A stretch of 64,000 nt of DNA, from assembly GCA_963710605.1 (NCBI GenBank), contig CAVQBA010000004.1, forward strand, positions 704,001-768,000, in the 5' to 3' direction. The position numbers and the translations under genes are program-made. Origin of the DNA: an uncultured cyanobacterium. GTDB taxonomy: Bacteria; Cyanobacteriota; Cyanobacteriia; Cyanobacteriales; Cyanobacteriaceae. Below, piece after piece: positions 53,613 to 63,598 of this stretch. Under the pieces are notes generated by a model. The model was not told the DNA's origin and ran no database searches. It saw only the letters and a list, made by a program, of their open reading frames with translations. Every line of letters begins with the position of its first letter. Within the stretch, counting starts at the first letter, position 1.

Positions 53613-53868
53613 TTAACAATACTCCGCTCCTCTAATTTGATTTTCTGTCAAAACTATCGATTTATCTTCTTGTATCGGCTTGGTATCTGACAATAACTGT
53701 TCAAAAATTTTTCTTTCCTTTTCGTTTAATAAATATTTGGTAATAACTGTTTCGTAATTATCGCCACTGCTATCATAAGACTCAGAATGAAATAGTAGAT
53801 ACATCTTGTTTTCTTCTACTAGTAAAATAGCTTCCATTCCAACGCCAGAAATACCACCAATTATGTAT
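53613..53868 (-). pseudogene. probable 3' fragment of an unknown gene
   Basis: 74-aa ORF whose frame stays open upstream (YIIGGISGVG) up to the repeat element at ~53870. Confidence 0.4.
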
Positions 53869-53929
53869 GTATATTTACCAATTTGAGATTAAAATAGTAT
53901 TAATCATATCTAAAACTTGAATTTTCACC

Positions 53930-53985
53930 CCACCTTGTAATGAATTACAAGGCTAATAGATACCGTTTAATAAATTAAACTCAAA
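53930..53985 (+). repeat. double-hairpin dispersed repeat, copy 3 (core of a ~160-bp element)
   Basis: CCACCTTGTAATGAATTACAAGGCTAATAGATACCGTTTAATAAATTAAACTCAAA; downstream AATTGTCTCATCGTTATTT shared with copy 5. Confidence 0.85.
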
Positions 53986-54253
53986 TAAAATACCAAGAAT
54001 TGTCTCATCGTTATTTTAAACGATTATAAATATAAATTAATCATTATAAGTTTTTACTTCAACACAATCTAAGGTCATAACAAACGATTTTTTGCATACT
54101 ATAAAGCTAAATTCGATCGTCTATTTAGCAGGTTGGTTTGAAAGAATTAGTAAATGATAAAAATATCAGTTTAGTTAATGATAGTTGCTATTTTAGATTG
54201 AAGTTCGATCGTTTAACGTTAACAAAATGTGTTGAATTAATTAAAAAACAAGA

Positions 54254-54472
54254 TTAAGCAAACATCAAGGTTTTTATTTCGGGTAGAGGCTTACCATCTT
54301 CTTGATATTCTTCGACTAACATTTCTAAAACTTCTTGAGCGTTTTTTAATGCTTCTTCGTAAGTTTCACCATGAGTAACAGGTTGCATAACGTTTTTACA
54401 ACACTCAGGTAAACAAACTAAAAAACAATTATCTTCTTCACTCCACTGAATCATAATTGAGTATTTGATCAT
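54254..54472 (-). CDS. hicB: HicB-family antitoxin
   Basis: YSIMIQWSEEDNCFLVCLPE...THGETYEEALKNAQEVLE...GKPLP. Confidence 0.9.
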   Translation of the reverse strand: MIKYSIMIQWSEEDNCFLVCLPECCKNVMQPVTHGETYEEALKNAQEVLEMLVEEYQEDGKPLPEIKTLMFA

Positions 54473-54534
54473 TAATTTTCCTCGTTATTAATTTCTTTTA
54501 ATTCTTTTAGTGCAGTAATAACTTGTTTTTCTAA
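54472..54534 (-). pseudogene. hicA: HicA-type toxin C-terminal remnant
   Basis: own translation LEKQVITALKELKEINNEEN*; stop overlaps the hicB start (TAATG); 5' part replaced by the repeat element at ~54536. Confidence 0.6.
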
Positions 54535-54580
54535 ATTTTGAGACAGTATTAATAATCATCAAAATGTAAACATGAAACTC

Positions 54581-54636
54581 GCCTTGCAATAAATTGACAA
54601 GGCTAACACTCATCCGTTTAATAAATTAAACTCAAA
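54581..54636 (+). repeat. double-hairpin dispersed repeat, copy 4
   Basis: GCCTTG...CAAGGCTAA...CCGTTTAATAAATTAAACTCAAA; upstream TGAGACAGTATTAAT shared with copy 5. Confidence 0.85.
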
Positions 54637-54688
54637 GAAAAGATTCTAAAATAGTCTCTCAATTTATTTTAACTAAAATAAAAATCTG

Positions 54689-54937
54689 ATGAATACTTAC
54701 AATTTTACTTTGATAATGTCTTCATCTAGCCAACAAATTAATAATTTGGAAGATTTATTATTTGAAGCAGGTTGTGATGATGCTACTTTGTCAATTTCTA
54801 ATGGAGTCACTTACTTGCAATTCGATCGAGAAGCCGATCAATTTTCTACTATTAATAGTGCAATCGAACAAGTTGAAAGTCTCAATAATTTATTTGTTAT
54901 TGAAAGGATAAATAACGATAATTTAATTACTCAATAG
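54689..54937 (+). CDS. small hypothetical protein
   Basis: 82 aa, YNFTLI...LEDLLFEAGCDDATLS...LQFDREA; reads like a real globular domain, family not named with confidence. Confidence 0.7.
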   Translation: MNTYNFTLIMSSSSQQINNLEDLLFEAGCDDATLSISNGVTYLQFDREADQFSTINSAIEQVESLNNLFVIERINNDNLITQ

Positions 54938-55045
54938 ATAATTTATGTTAATGATTTAACACCAACATTTTGAATATATCGATCGTGTTTTGTTTTTCTT
55001 TATATAGTGATTTCAAATAACGATGAGACAATTTTGGAGATTAAA

Positions 55046-55102
55046 TTTGAGTTTAATTTATTAAACGGTATCTATTAGCCTTGTAATTTATACTCAAGGT
55101 GG
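55046..55102 (-). repeat. double-hairpin dispersed repeat, copy 5 (inverted)
   Basis: reverse complement nearly identical to copy 3. Confidence 0.85.
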
Positions 55103-55274
55103 GATAAAAATTTAAGTTAAAAGTATAATTAATACTGTCTCAATATTAATTGAAATGACTATATTTATTGGTTGTTGGGTTTCGCTTTTATATCGTATCT
55201 GGCTTATCCTCCAACTTATTCGGCTCAACCCAACCTACTTAATTCTCTTACTAAACAATTCTCAATTCAAAAAC

Positions 55275-56030
55275 CTACCACGGTAAAATACCACCATCCC
55301 AATTAAAAAATTGACCGTTGTTTTTAGTCGTAAGCCGATCGATTACAGTTAGTAATTGTTGGGTACATAACTCAGTTGAAAAAAGTTTACCTTCAGGCAC
55401 ATTTTTCTGGAAAGGAAGAGACAATTGAGTATCAGTTGTGCCAGGGTGTAAAGCAATAACGATCGAATTTTTACTAACACGATTATATTCGATCGCCACA
55501 TTTTTAATCAACATATTCAACGCCGCTTTAGAAGCCCGATAGCCATACCAACCACCAAGGCGATTGTCTTCAATGCTACCAACTTTAGCTGAAATAGTTG
55601 CCCAAACCGAAAACTCAGGATGTTTAAATAAAGGTAACAAATGCTTACTAAGTAAAGCAGTGGGGATAGTATTAACTTCAAAATAACGTAATAAACGATC
55701 GGGGTTGATATGTCTTAAACTTTTTTCAGGTTGCAAATCATCCTCATGCAACATCCCCACACAGTTAATCGCTAAATGTAACTTAGTTATTTGAGCTTGA
55801 ATTTTACTTACCGCTTCTTCTATTTGAGCTTCATCAGTAACATCAACTTGTACTGTTATTAGTTTGTCAGGAAACGAACCCTCTAGCTTAAATAATTCTT
55901 GAGCTGTTTCCTTTCGGCGATAAGTCGCTATAATTTTTTGGACATCAGTATTTAATAATAATTGTTGAACAAATCCATAACCAATACCTTGAGTTGCCCC
56001 GACAATCAAAACATTTTTTAAACTAGTCAT
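55275..56030 (-). CDS. SDR oxidoreductase (CsgA/C-factor-like)
   Basis: VGATQGIG, SAKVGSIEDNRLGGWYGYRASKAALN, LHPGTTDT. Confidence 0.92.
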   Translation of the reverse strand: MTSLKNVLIVGATQGIGYGFVQQLLLNTDVQKIIATYRRKETAQELFKLEGSFPDKLITVQVDVTDEAQIEEAVSKIQAQITKLHLAINCVGMLHEDDLQPEKSLRHINPDRLLRYFEVNTIPTALLSKHLLPLFKHPEFSVWATISAKVGSIEDNRLGGWYGYRASKAALNMLIKNVAIEYNRVSKNSIVIALHPGTTDTQLSLPFQKNVPEGKLFSTELCTQQLLTVIDRLTTKNNGQFFNWDGGILPW

Positions 56031-57337
56031 TATGAACGATCTTTTTTATCAACACGGTATTTAATCGAATCAGCATGAGAAGGTAAACCTTCAGCGGTGG
56101 CTAAATCAATAATTTCCTTCGCTACTTTCTGTAAAGCCTGAGGATTATATTCAATCAAACTAGAATATTTCATGAACGTTTCTACACCCAAAGCAGAAGC
56201 ATAACGAGCCGCCCCAGAAGTCGGTAAAGTATGGTTTGGCCCCGCTAAATAGTCACCCACAGCTTCAGGAGATGAATTACCTAAAAAGATAGCCCCAGCG
56301 TGACGAATCTGTTCAACCAAATCCCAAGGCGATTCTACTTCTAACTCCAAATGTTCGGGGGCAAAAATATTAGAAAATTCAGCCGCTTGAATTAGATCTT
56401 TTGCTAAGATAATGACACCATAATTAGCGATCGATTTTTCAGTTAAAGTTTTACGAGGATGATTTTTTAATTGCTCAGAAACTTCCTGTTGTACTTGAAT
56501 AGCTAATTTTTCACTATCAGTAACCAAAATAGCCGCCGCCATGGGATCATGTTCTGCCTGTGCCAACAAATCAACCGCTACATGGACAGGATTTGCGTTC
56601 TCATCGGCGATGATTAACACCTCACTAGGTCCTGCTAAAGAATCGATTCCCACTTGTCCAAATACTTGTTTTTTAGCCAGAGTAACATAAACATTACCCG
56701 GCCCTGTAATGACATCAACTTGAGGAATAGTTTGCGTACCATAAGCTAACGCCGCTACTGCTTGGGCACCACCAACACGATAAATCTCAGTCACTCCAGC
56801 TTCACTCGCCGCTACTAAAACAGCAGGATTAATTTTACCGTTTTCGCTAGGAGGAGTCACCATTACTATTCTGGGTACTTTAGCAACCTTAGCCGGAATT
56901 GCATTCATCAATACTGTACTTGGATATGAGGCTCTTCCACCTGGTACATATAAACCAGCTCGATCGACAGGAGTATAACGTCTGCCTAAAACAACATTAT
57001 CAGGGGCGAATTGTACCCATGATTGAGGTACTCTTTGTTGATGAAAATCTTCTATTTTTTTCGCCGCTAATTGAATAGCCTTGAGTAAATCACGAGAAAT
57101 TTTTTGGTAAGCTGTATCAATTTCTGAACCACTGACTTTAATTTGTTTAGCCGAAATGGTTTGTCCATCAAATTTTTCGGTATATTCAAGCAAGGCTTCA
57201 TCGCCTTTTTGTCTAACTGTGGCGATAATATCTTTGACAACGGCGGATTGCTTTTCTATATTGTCATTATTCGTCCGTTCGCTAATTCTGTGTAGTTCTT
57301 GTTGTGCTTCAGTTTGGTCTGTGATTATTCGCAACAT
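56030..57337 (-). CDS. hisD: histidinol dehydrogenase
   Basis: GLYVPGG, GGAQAVAALAYG, GPGN, AGPSE, LAQAEHDP, APEHLE, GPNHTLPT. Confidence 0.97.
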   Translation of the reverse strand: MLRIITDQTEAQQELHRISERTNNDNIEKQSAVVKDIIATVRQKGDEALLEYTEKFDGQTISAKQIKVSGSEIDTAYQKISRDLLKAIQLAAKKIEDFHQQRVPQSWVQFAPDNVVLGRRYTPVDRAGLYVPGGRASYPSTVLMNAIPAKVAKVPRIVMVTPPSENGKINPAVLVAASEAGVTEIYRVGGAQAVAALAYGTQTIPQVDVITGPGNVYVTLAKKQVFGQVGIDSLAGPSEVLIIADENANPVHVAVDLLAQAEHDPMAAAILVTDSEKLAIQVQQEVSEQLKNHPRKTLTEKSIANYGVIILAKDLIQAAEFSNIFAPEHLELEVESPWDLVEQIRHAGAIFLGNSSPEAVGDYLAGPNHTLPTSGAARYASALGVETFMKYSSLIEYNPQALQKVAKEIIDLATAEGLPSHADSIKYRVDKKDRS

Positions 57338-57518
57338 CTAGATTCTATCAAATTAAATAAACCTTAAACTCATTTTCCTATCATAACAATTATCAATGAG
57401 CAATTAGCAATTAGTAATTAGCAATGGGCAATTAACGATGGTTAAGTAGAGGGATCGAATCTAAGATAGAATGTATGAATTGAAGAGAGATTTACTTTAG
57501 TTTATTGATATTCTATCT

Positions 57519-58850
57519 ATGTTTAATCGTGTCCTTCGCTCTACTAAACGCTGGATTAGTAATAACTCAGAAAATGCTCTAGAAGAAGCTTATCAAAGAG
57601 CGTTGGCAATCAAAAAAATTGAAGATGAACATTTCCAAGGACAAAAAATAAGCCGTACCAATTGTAATTATGGTGAAACTGTCTGGAGTTATTTTCAAGG
57701 GCAATTACAATCGAATCTCAACGCAATCAAATTAAGAGTTGGTCAATTTAAAACTAATAAGTCTATCTATAGTTTTATTAATTCTAACCGTAAATCAGCT
57801 TATTCAAACTCAATCAAGAATACGACTAATTACGAACAAGAAGTTATTTTAGAAAAACTTAGCTTTATTGATCAAATAATTAATAAATATAATCTTGTCT
57901 ATCGTCAAACAGTTTCTGATAAATCTACTCTAACAACTACAGATAATAGTTCTAAGATTCAATTACAAAAATCTAGTCAAAAACCAACCTATTCGATCGA
58001 TAACAAACAAACAAGTTTAGAATCAGAGATGGAAACTGTTTCTGATAAAACTAGTATTTTACCACGTTCTTTTTTACGTACCCTCGATCGAATTAAGCAA
58101 GAAATTAATCCAGAATCTTCCGAAACAGAGCAAGATGTAATTAATAAATTTCGCAAATCTAAATATAAAACAGCTATCTCAATTAAATTCTTATTAATTT
58201 TAATTATCGTACCTTTATTGGTTCATAATATTAGTAAAATTACTTTAGGACAAGTATTTATTGATCCTTATTTTGACCAACACGAGCAGATTATCTTTAT
58301 CAACCAAAACTTAGAAGAAGAAGCATTAGTAGAGTTAAGAACATTTGAAGACAATCTTAGGCTTAGAAGTATAATCGGCTTAACAGCTTCTGTATCATCA
58401 GAGGAAAAAGAAGAAAAAATACGAGAAAAAGCGATCGAATTAGCTGAAGATTATCGTAACCAAAGTTCAAATGCAGTCAAAAATGTTTTCGCTGATATAT
58501 TATCTTTAATTGCTTTTGGTGCAGTAGTTTATTATAGTAAAAACGAATTATTAGTTCTCAAATCTTTTATTGATGAAATTATTTATGGCTTGAGCGATTC
58601 AGCCAAAGCATTCTTAATCATCTTATTTACTGATATGTTTGTTGGTTTCCACTCACCCCATGGCTGGGAAATTATTTTAGAAAGCGTTGCTCGTCATTTT
58701 GGTTTACCTGAAAACAGAGACTTCAACTTTTTGTTTATTGCCACATTTCCTGTTATCTTAGACACTGTTTTGAAATATTGGATTTTCCGTTATCTCAATC
58801 GAATTTCTCCTTCTTCGGTAGCCACTTACAAAAACATGAATGAATCCTAA
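57519..58850 (+). CDS. pxcA: proton extrusion protein PxcA (CemA family)
   Basis: LSDSAKAFLIILFTDMFVGFHSPHGWE, FPVILDTVLKYWIFRYLNRISPS. Confidence 0.93.
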   Translation: MFNRVLRSTKRWISNNSENALEEAYQRALAIKKIEDEHFQGQKISRTNCNYGETVWSYFQGQLQSNLNAIKLRVGQFKTNKSIYSFINSNRKSAYSNSIKNTTNYEQEVILEKLSFIDQIINKYNLVYRQTVSDKSTLTTTDNSSKIQLQKSSQKPTYSIDNKQTSLESEMETVSDKTSILPRSFLRTLDRIKQEINPESSETEQDVINKFRKSKYKTAISIKFLLILIIVPLLVHNISKITLGQVFIDPYFDQHEQIIFINQNLEEEALVELRTFEDNLRLRSIIGLTASVSSEEKEEKIREKAIELAEDYRNQSSNAVKNVFADILSLIAFGAVVYYSKNELLVLKSFIDEIIYGLSDSAKAFLIILFTDMFVGFHSPHGWEIILESVARHFGLPENRDFNFLFIATFPVILDTVLKYWIFRYLNRISPSSVATYKNMNES

Positions 58851-58950
58851 TAGTTAAGAGTTAACAGTTAAAAGTTAAAAGTTATAAATAATAATTGACA
58901 ATACTTCTTACTCATCTTTCTTCCTTATTCATTATTTACTTACTTTCCTA

Positions 58951-58978
58951 TTCCCTATTCCCTATTCCCTATTCCCTA
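58951..58978. repeat. short tandem heptamer repeat (TTCCCTA x4)
   Basis: directly visible just before the smc start. Confidence 0.85.
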
Positions 58979-58986
58979 TTACTACG

Positions 58987-61900
58987 ATGGTTTATGTTAA
59001 AAAAGTAGAATTATCTCGCTTCAAATCTTTTGGTGGTAGTAATTCAGTACCTCTTTTAGATGGTTTTACAGTCGTTTCGGGACCAAATGGTTCGGGAAAA
59101 TCGAATATTTTAGATGCTTTATTATTCTGTCTTGGTTTGGCTAGCTCGAAGGGGATGAGGGCGGATAGGTTACCTGATTTGATTAATAATAGTCATAAAA
59201 GTAACGGCAAAGCGCAAGAAACGATCGTTTCTGTTACTTTTGATTTAGGTAATCTAGAAGAATTACAAAATGATAATACTACGAATAAAGACAAAAATAT
59301 AACAGAAGATGAAGAGATAAACTCTCTGGTTTCAATGTCAGAATTAAAAATTACTCGTCGTTTGCGGGTAACTAAAGGTGGTAGTTATACTTCTACTTTT
59401 TATATTAATGACGAACCTTCTACCGCTACATTATTACATGAGTATCTACAACGCTTAAGAATTTATCCTGAAGGTTATAACGTTGTTTTACAAGGGGATG
59501 TGACTAGAATTATTTCTATGAATTCTCGTGAGCGAAGAGAGATTATTGATGAGTTGGCGGGTGTAGCAGAATTCGATCGTAAAATTGTCCAAACCAAAAC
59601 GACTTTAGATGATGTTAAAGAAAGAGAAGAAAAATGTCAGATTATCCAACAAGAGTTAGTTGAAAATAGTGCAAAATTAAAAGAAGACTCGGAAAAAGCA
59701 TCTAAATATCAAACTTTAAAAGGACAAATAATCGAAAAGAAACAACTGGCTATCATCATCAACGATCGTTATTTACAACAACAACAAGACGATATTAAAC
59801 AACAACTAACTAAAGTAAATAATGATCAAAAAAAAGCAATTAAAGAACAAAATAATTTCAGCATACAATTGAGAGAAAGTCAAGAAAAATTAGCTAAATT
59901 AAATGTAGAAATAAAAGCATTAGGAGAAGAAGAAAAAATATCAATCGCTTCTAAATTAGCAACCGACAAAGCTAAGCGACAACAGTTAGAAAAAAGAGTT
60001 GTTGAAATTACTAATACCAGAAGCCAACTAACTCACAAACAAAAAACAATTCAAGATAATATTGTTACTAATCAAACTAATATCGATCGATTATCAACCG
60101 AAATTACTAGTTTGAATCAAAACATTATACCTGTATTAGAAAATGAATTAGAAATTAGTAAATCAGAATTATTAACTAGTAAACAAGAAGCCGAAAAAAT
60201 AGCATCTAAATCTCAAGCGTGGGTAAGTAAACAAACAGAATTAACTCAAGTAATTAATAGTATTCAAAAAGAATTAAATCCACAAGTAACGAATGAAGCA
60301 GTCTTAAATCAAAGATGTGAACAACGACAGACAAATATTGAATCAGAAAACGAACAACTAACTCAATTTACAACAGAAATAGACGAGAAAAAAATCGCAA
60401 TAAATCAGTTAGAAAGCCAAATAACTAATTCAAAATCGACAATTCAAAATATAGCTGAAAACTTAGCCAGTATCGAAGCTGATGTCACCCTTAACCAAGA
60501 AACGATCAATCGATTACAATTAGAGCAAAGAGATAAACAACGACAACTAGATAAATTAGAAGCCACCAAACAAGCCCAACAAGAAGCCCAAGGCACTTAT
60601 GCGAGTAAAATCATTCTTAATTCAGATTTACCAGGAGTTTGTGGTTTAGTCGCTCAGTTAGGAGAAGTTGAGTCACGTTACCAAAAAGCCTTGGAAATAG
60701 CCGCCGGAAGCCGTTTAGGCTTTATTGTTGTTGAAGATGACACGATCGCATCTATGGCTATCAAACTGCTCAAACAAGAGCGAGGAGGAAGGGCAACTTT
60801 TTTACCGCTTAATAAAATCAAATCCCCTCGTCTGCCTAGTAATAACAGTATTATGACTACTAGAGGTGCGATTGATTGGGCGGTTAATTTAATTGATTTT
60901 GAACCAGAATATGAATCTATTTTCGGTTTTGTTTTCGGTAATACCGTCATTTTTGAAGACTTGAATACTGCTCGTAATTTCTTAGGTAAATATCGGATGG
61001 TGACATTGGATGGAGAATTATTAGAAGCGAGTGGAGCGATGACAGGTGGTAGTCTTTCTAAACGATCGTCTTTGAGTTTTGGGCGAGTATCTCAAGGGGA
61101 ATCAGCGGATTTTCGTGACTTAAGCGATCGAATTACCGAAATTGAAAATATAATCCCTCAGCTTAATGTCAAAATAGCACAAAAAAAAGAAAAAATCAAA
61201 ACCCTCGTTGAACAACTAAGTATCGCTAGACAAAAAAGACAAAAAACACAATTATTACTCGAACAAAATCAAAAAGAAATTACTCGTTTAGAAACCCAAA
61301 AAGAAAAAATAATTCAAAGTAATGCTAACAATTATGAAGAATTAGTAAAAGACAAACAAGAGTTAGCAAATCTAGTTGAAAATATTCCTTTACTAACTAA
61401 TGAATTAGAAATAACACAGTTAGAATTAAAACAATTAGAAGAAAGTTATGATAACGAAGAATGGCAAAATCTACAAAAAATCATTAATCAAAAAGAAACT
61501 ATTGTCGAAGAAAAACAGTTAAAATTAAATAATCGAAAAGAAGAGTTACAACAACTAACTAACTCAGAACAAGATTTAACTAATAAAACTATTCAAGCTC
61601 AAGAAAGTATTACCAAAATAGCTGAAGAGTTAGTTGAGTTAAAACAAGAAGAAATAAATGTTAATCAAGAAATAGAATCTGTTCAAGAAAATATTAGTCA
61701 AAATAATATTCTTTATCAAGAATTAGCTCAAAAAATAGAAGGAATAAAACAACAAAGAGATAATCAAGAATTAGACGTTAAAAAAATAGAAAGTGCGAGT
61801 AAGAAGATTGAATGGCAACTAGAAAAGTTAGTGTTAAAGCATCAAGAATTACAAACCCAATTAGCTGAGCTGAAAGAAACTCATGCAGAAATAAAAGTAG

Positions 61901-62616
61901 AGTTACCGACACCGTTACCAGAGATTCCTTGGTTACAAGAACAAGAAAAGATTACTGTAAATATCTTAGCTGAAAAACTAGCTAAAACTAATCAAGAAAT
62001 TAAAAAAATAGAAAAAAAATTAGAAGCTTTAGAACCTGTTAATATGATGGCTTTAGAGCAATACGAAAAGAATCAAGAAAGGCTAACTGAGTTATCAGAA
62101 AAACTAGCTACATTAGCAGGAGAAAGAACAGAATTATTATTAAGAGTAGAGAATTTTACTACCTTAAGATTAAGAGCTTTTAAAGAATCTTTTGATGCAG
62201 TTAATGATAACTTTCAATCTATTTTTGCTACTTTATCTGATGGTGATGGTTATTTAAAATTAGAAGATTCAAATAATCCTTTTAATGGTGGTTTAACCTT
62301 AGTTGCTCACCCTAAAGGAAAGTCAGTACAAAGATTAAGTTCGATGTCGGGAGGAGAAAAATCTTTGACTGCTTTAAGTTTTATTTTTGCCTTACAAAGA
62401 TACCGCCCTTCACCTTTTTATGCTTTTGATGAAGTGGATATGTTTTTAGATGGGGCGAATGTAGAAAAGTTATCGAAGATGATTCAAACACAAGCCCAAC
62501 AAGCTCAATTTATTGTGGTTAGTTTAAGAAGACCGATGATTGAAGCCGCCCAAAGAACGATTGGTGTTACACAGGCTAAAGGTGCTTATACACAGGTGAT
62601 AGGAATTAATTTATAA
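58987..62616 (+). CDS. smc: chromosome segregation protein SMC
   Basis: GPNGSGKSN Walker A, hinge GRATFLPL, MSGGEKS signature, FYAFDEVD Walker B. Confidence 0.98.
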   Translation: MVYVKKVELSRFKSFGGSNSVPLLDGFTVVSGPNGSGKSNILDALLFCLGLASSKGMRADRLPDLINNSHKSNGKAQETIVSVTFDLGNLEELQNDNTTNKDKNITEDEEINSLVSMSELKITRRLRVTKGGSYTSTFYINDEPSTATLLHEYLQRLRIYPEGYNVVLQGDVTRIISMNSRERREIIDELAGVAEFDRKIVQTKTTLDDVKEREEKCQIIQQELVENSAKLKEDSEKASKYQTLKGQIIEKKQLAIIINDRYLQQQQDDIKQQLTKVNNDQKKAIKEQNNFSIQLRESQEKLAKLNVEIKALGEEEKISIASKLATDKAKRQQLEKRVVEITNTRSQLTHKQKTIQDNIVTNQTNIDRLSTEITSLNQNIIPVLENELEISKSELLTSKQEAEKIASKSQAWVSKQTELTQVINSIQKELNPQVTNEAVLNQRCEQRQTNIESENEQLTQFTTEIDEKKIAINQLESQITNSKSTIQNIAENLASIEADVTLNQETINRLQLEQRDKQRQLDKLEATKQAQQEAQGTYASKIILNSDLPGVCGLVAQLGEVESRYQKALEIAAGSRLGFIVVEDDTIASMAIKLLKQERGGRATFLPLNKIKSPRLPSNNSIMTTRGAIDWAVNLIDFEPEYESIFGFVFGNTVIFEDLNTARNFLGKYRMVTLDGELLEASGAMTGGSLSKRSSLSFGRVSQGESADFRDLSDRITEIENIIPQLNVKIAQKKEKIKTLVEQLSIARQKRQKTQLLLEQNQKEITRLETQKEKIIQSNANNYEELVKDKQELANLVENIPLLTNELEITQLELKQLEESYDNEEWQNLQKIINQKETIVEEKQLKLNNRKEELQQLTNSEQDLTNKTIQAQESITKIAEELVELKQEEINVNQEIESVQENISQNNILYQELAQKIEGIKQQRDNQELDVKKIESASKKIEWQLEKLVLKHQELQTQLAELKETHAEIKVELPTPLPEIPWLQEQEKITVNILAEKLAKTNQEIKKIEKKLEALEPVNMMALEQYEKNQERLTELSEKLATLAGERTELLLRVENFTTLRLRAFKESFDAVNDNFQSIFATLSDGDGYLKLEDSNNPFNGGLTLVAHPKGKSVQRLSSMSGGEKSLTALSFIFALQRYRPSPFYAFDEVDMFLDGANVEKLSKMIQTQAQQAQFIVVSLRRPMIEAAQRTIGVTQAKGAYTQVIGINL

Positions 62617-62625
62617 AGCGATTAT

Positions 62626-62724
62626 TATAGTAGCCTTGGTAAGATATTCAACCACCCCTAACCCCTCCTTCACAAGGAGGGGAACTTGATTCAACTGTCA
62701 AAAATTAACTTATTTACTGCTATA
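62626..62724. mobile_element. MITE-like frame carrying a C-rich hairpin repeat
   Basis: TATAG...GCTATA ends around CCCCTAACCCCTCCTTCACAAGGAGGGGAAC. Confidence 0.55.
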
Positions 62725-62843
62725 TCAGACAATATGTAATAGTTGACGATCGAAAGAAAGTTCGTAATAATGACCTTAGTCATAAATCGCCGATAAATTA
62801 TCATTGTTGTTACTAATAGATTAGGCTACGCACTGAGCGATTT

Positions 62844-63455
62844 TTGTTAGCGTTGAATTTAAATTTAAGGTCTTTTATTCGTAGCAATCAAGAGATGAAA
62901 AATTTAAAAATAATTTTTATAAGTTTAGTTTCTACATTATCCTATGTACCTGTAGCTTACTCAGGTGGTCCTTATTGGCAATTTAAAGTGAATGATATTA
63001 GCAAAATTGGTACTAACTATCATCAAATTAAAGTTACCCCGATTGGTTCATCTAACAATGAGCGTGATAAATTTTTTCCGTATGAATGTCCAGAAGTGAT
63101 TATTTTCGCAAAATATATTTCTAAAAATGATTATCCACCACATATGTTTAATTTGGAAAGTTATAATCAGGCAATATCTTTAATCAAAGATGCTCATTCT
63201 CAAAATAAGGAAATTTCGATTGGGGAAATAAATCTACTAGGTTTGGAATCAGATATTAAAGTAAAAGAAAGTGAAAAGAATATGATTGAGTTTTTAATAA
63301 GTATAATAAAAATAATTTTTTTCAACTCTGAAAATCAAAACGTAAATCAAACTCAAATTGAAAAGATGCGTAGTTGTAAAGTTCACAGCAAAGGTTTAGA
63401 AATTTTTGAATTCTCTGATAACGACAAAGCTATATACTCGTATTATCATGATTAG
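62844..63455 (+). CDS. hypothetical exported protein
   Basis: probable start at MKNLKIIFISLVSTLSYVPVAYS (signal peptide); no motif recognised. Confidence 0.6.
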   Translation: MLALNLNLRSFIRSNQEMKNLKIIFISLVSTLSYVPVAYSGGPYWQFKVNDISKIGTNYHQIKVTPIGSSNNERDKFFPYECPEVIIFAKYISKNDYPPHMFNLESYNQAISLIKDAHSQNKEISIGEINLLGLESDIKVKESEKNMIEFLISIIKIIFFNSENQNVNQTQIEKMRSCKVHSKGLEIFEFSDNDKAIYSYYHD

Positions 63456-63460
63456 TAAAT

Positions 63461-63598
63461 CGCCTTGGGTATGAATTGACAAGGCTCAAAAATGTCGTTC
63501 ATTAAAATGAACTAAAGTAAAGGACTTGCGATTTTAAATGAAGCTTAGTTTAATTTATTAAACGATTTCTATTAGCCTTGAATTTTAATTCAAGGTGG
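63461..63598. repeat. inverted pair of double-hairpin repeats (copies 6 and 7)
   Basis: 63461-63513 (+) and 63546-63598 (-). Confidence 0.8.
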
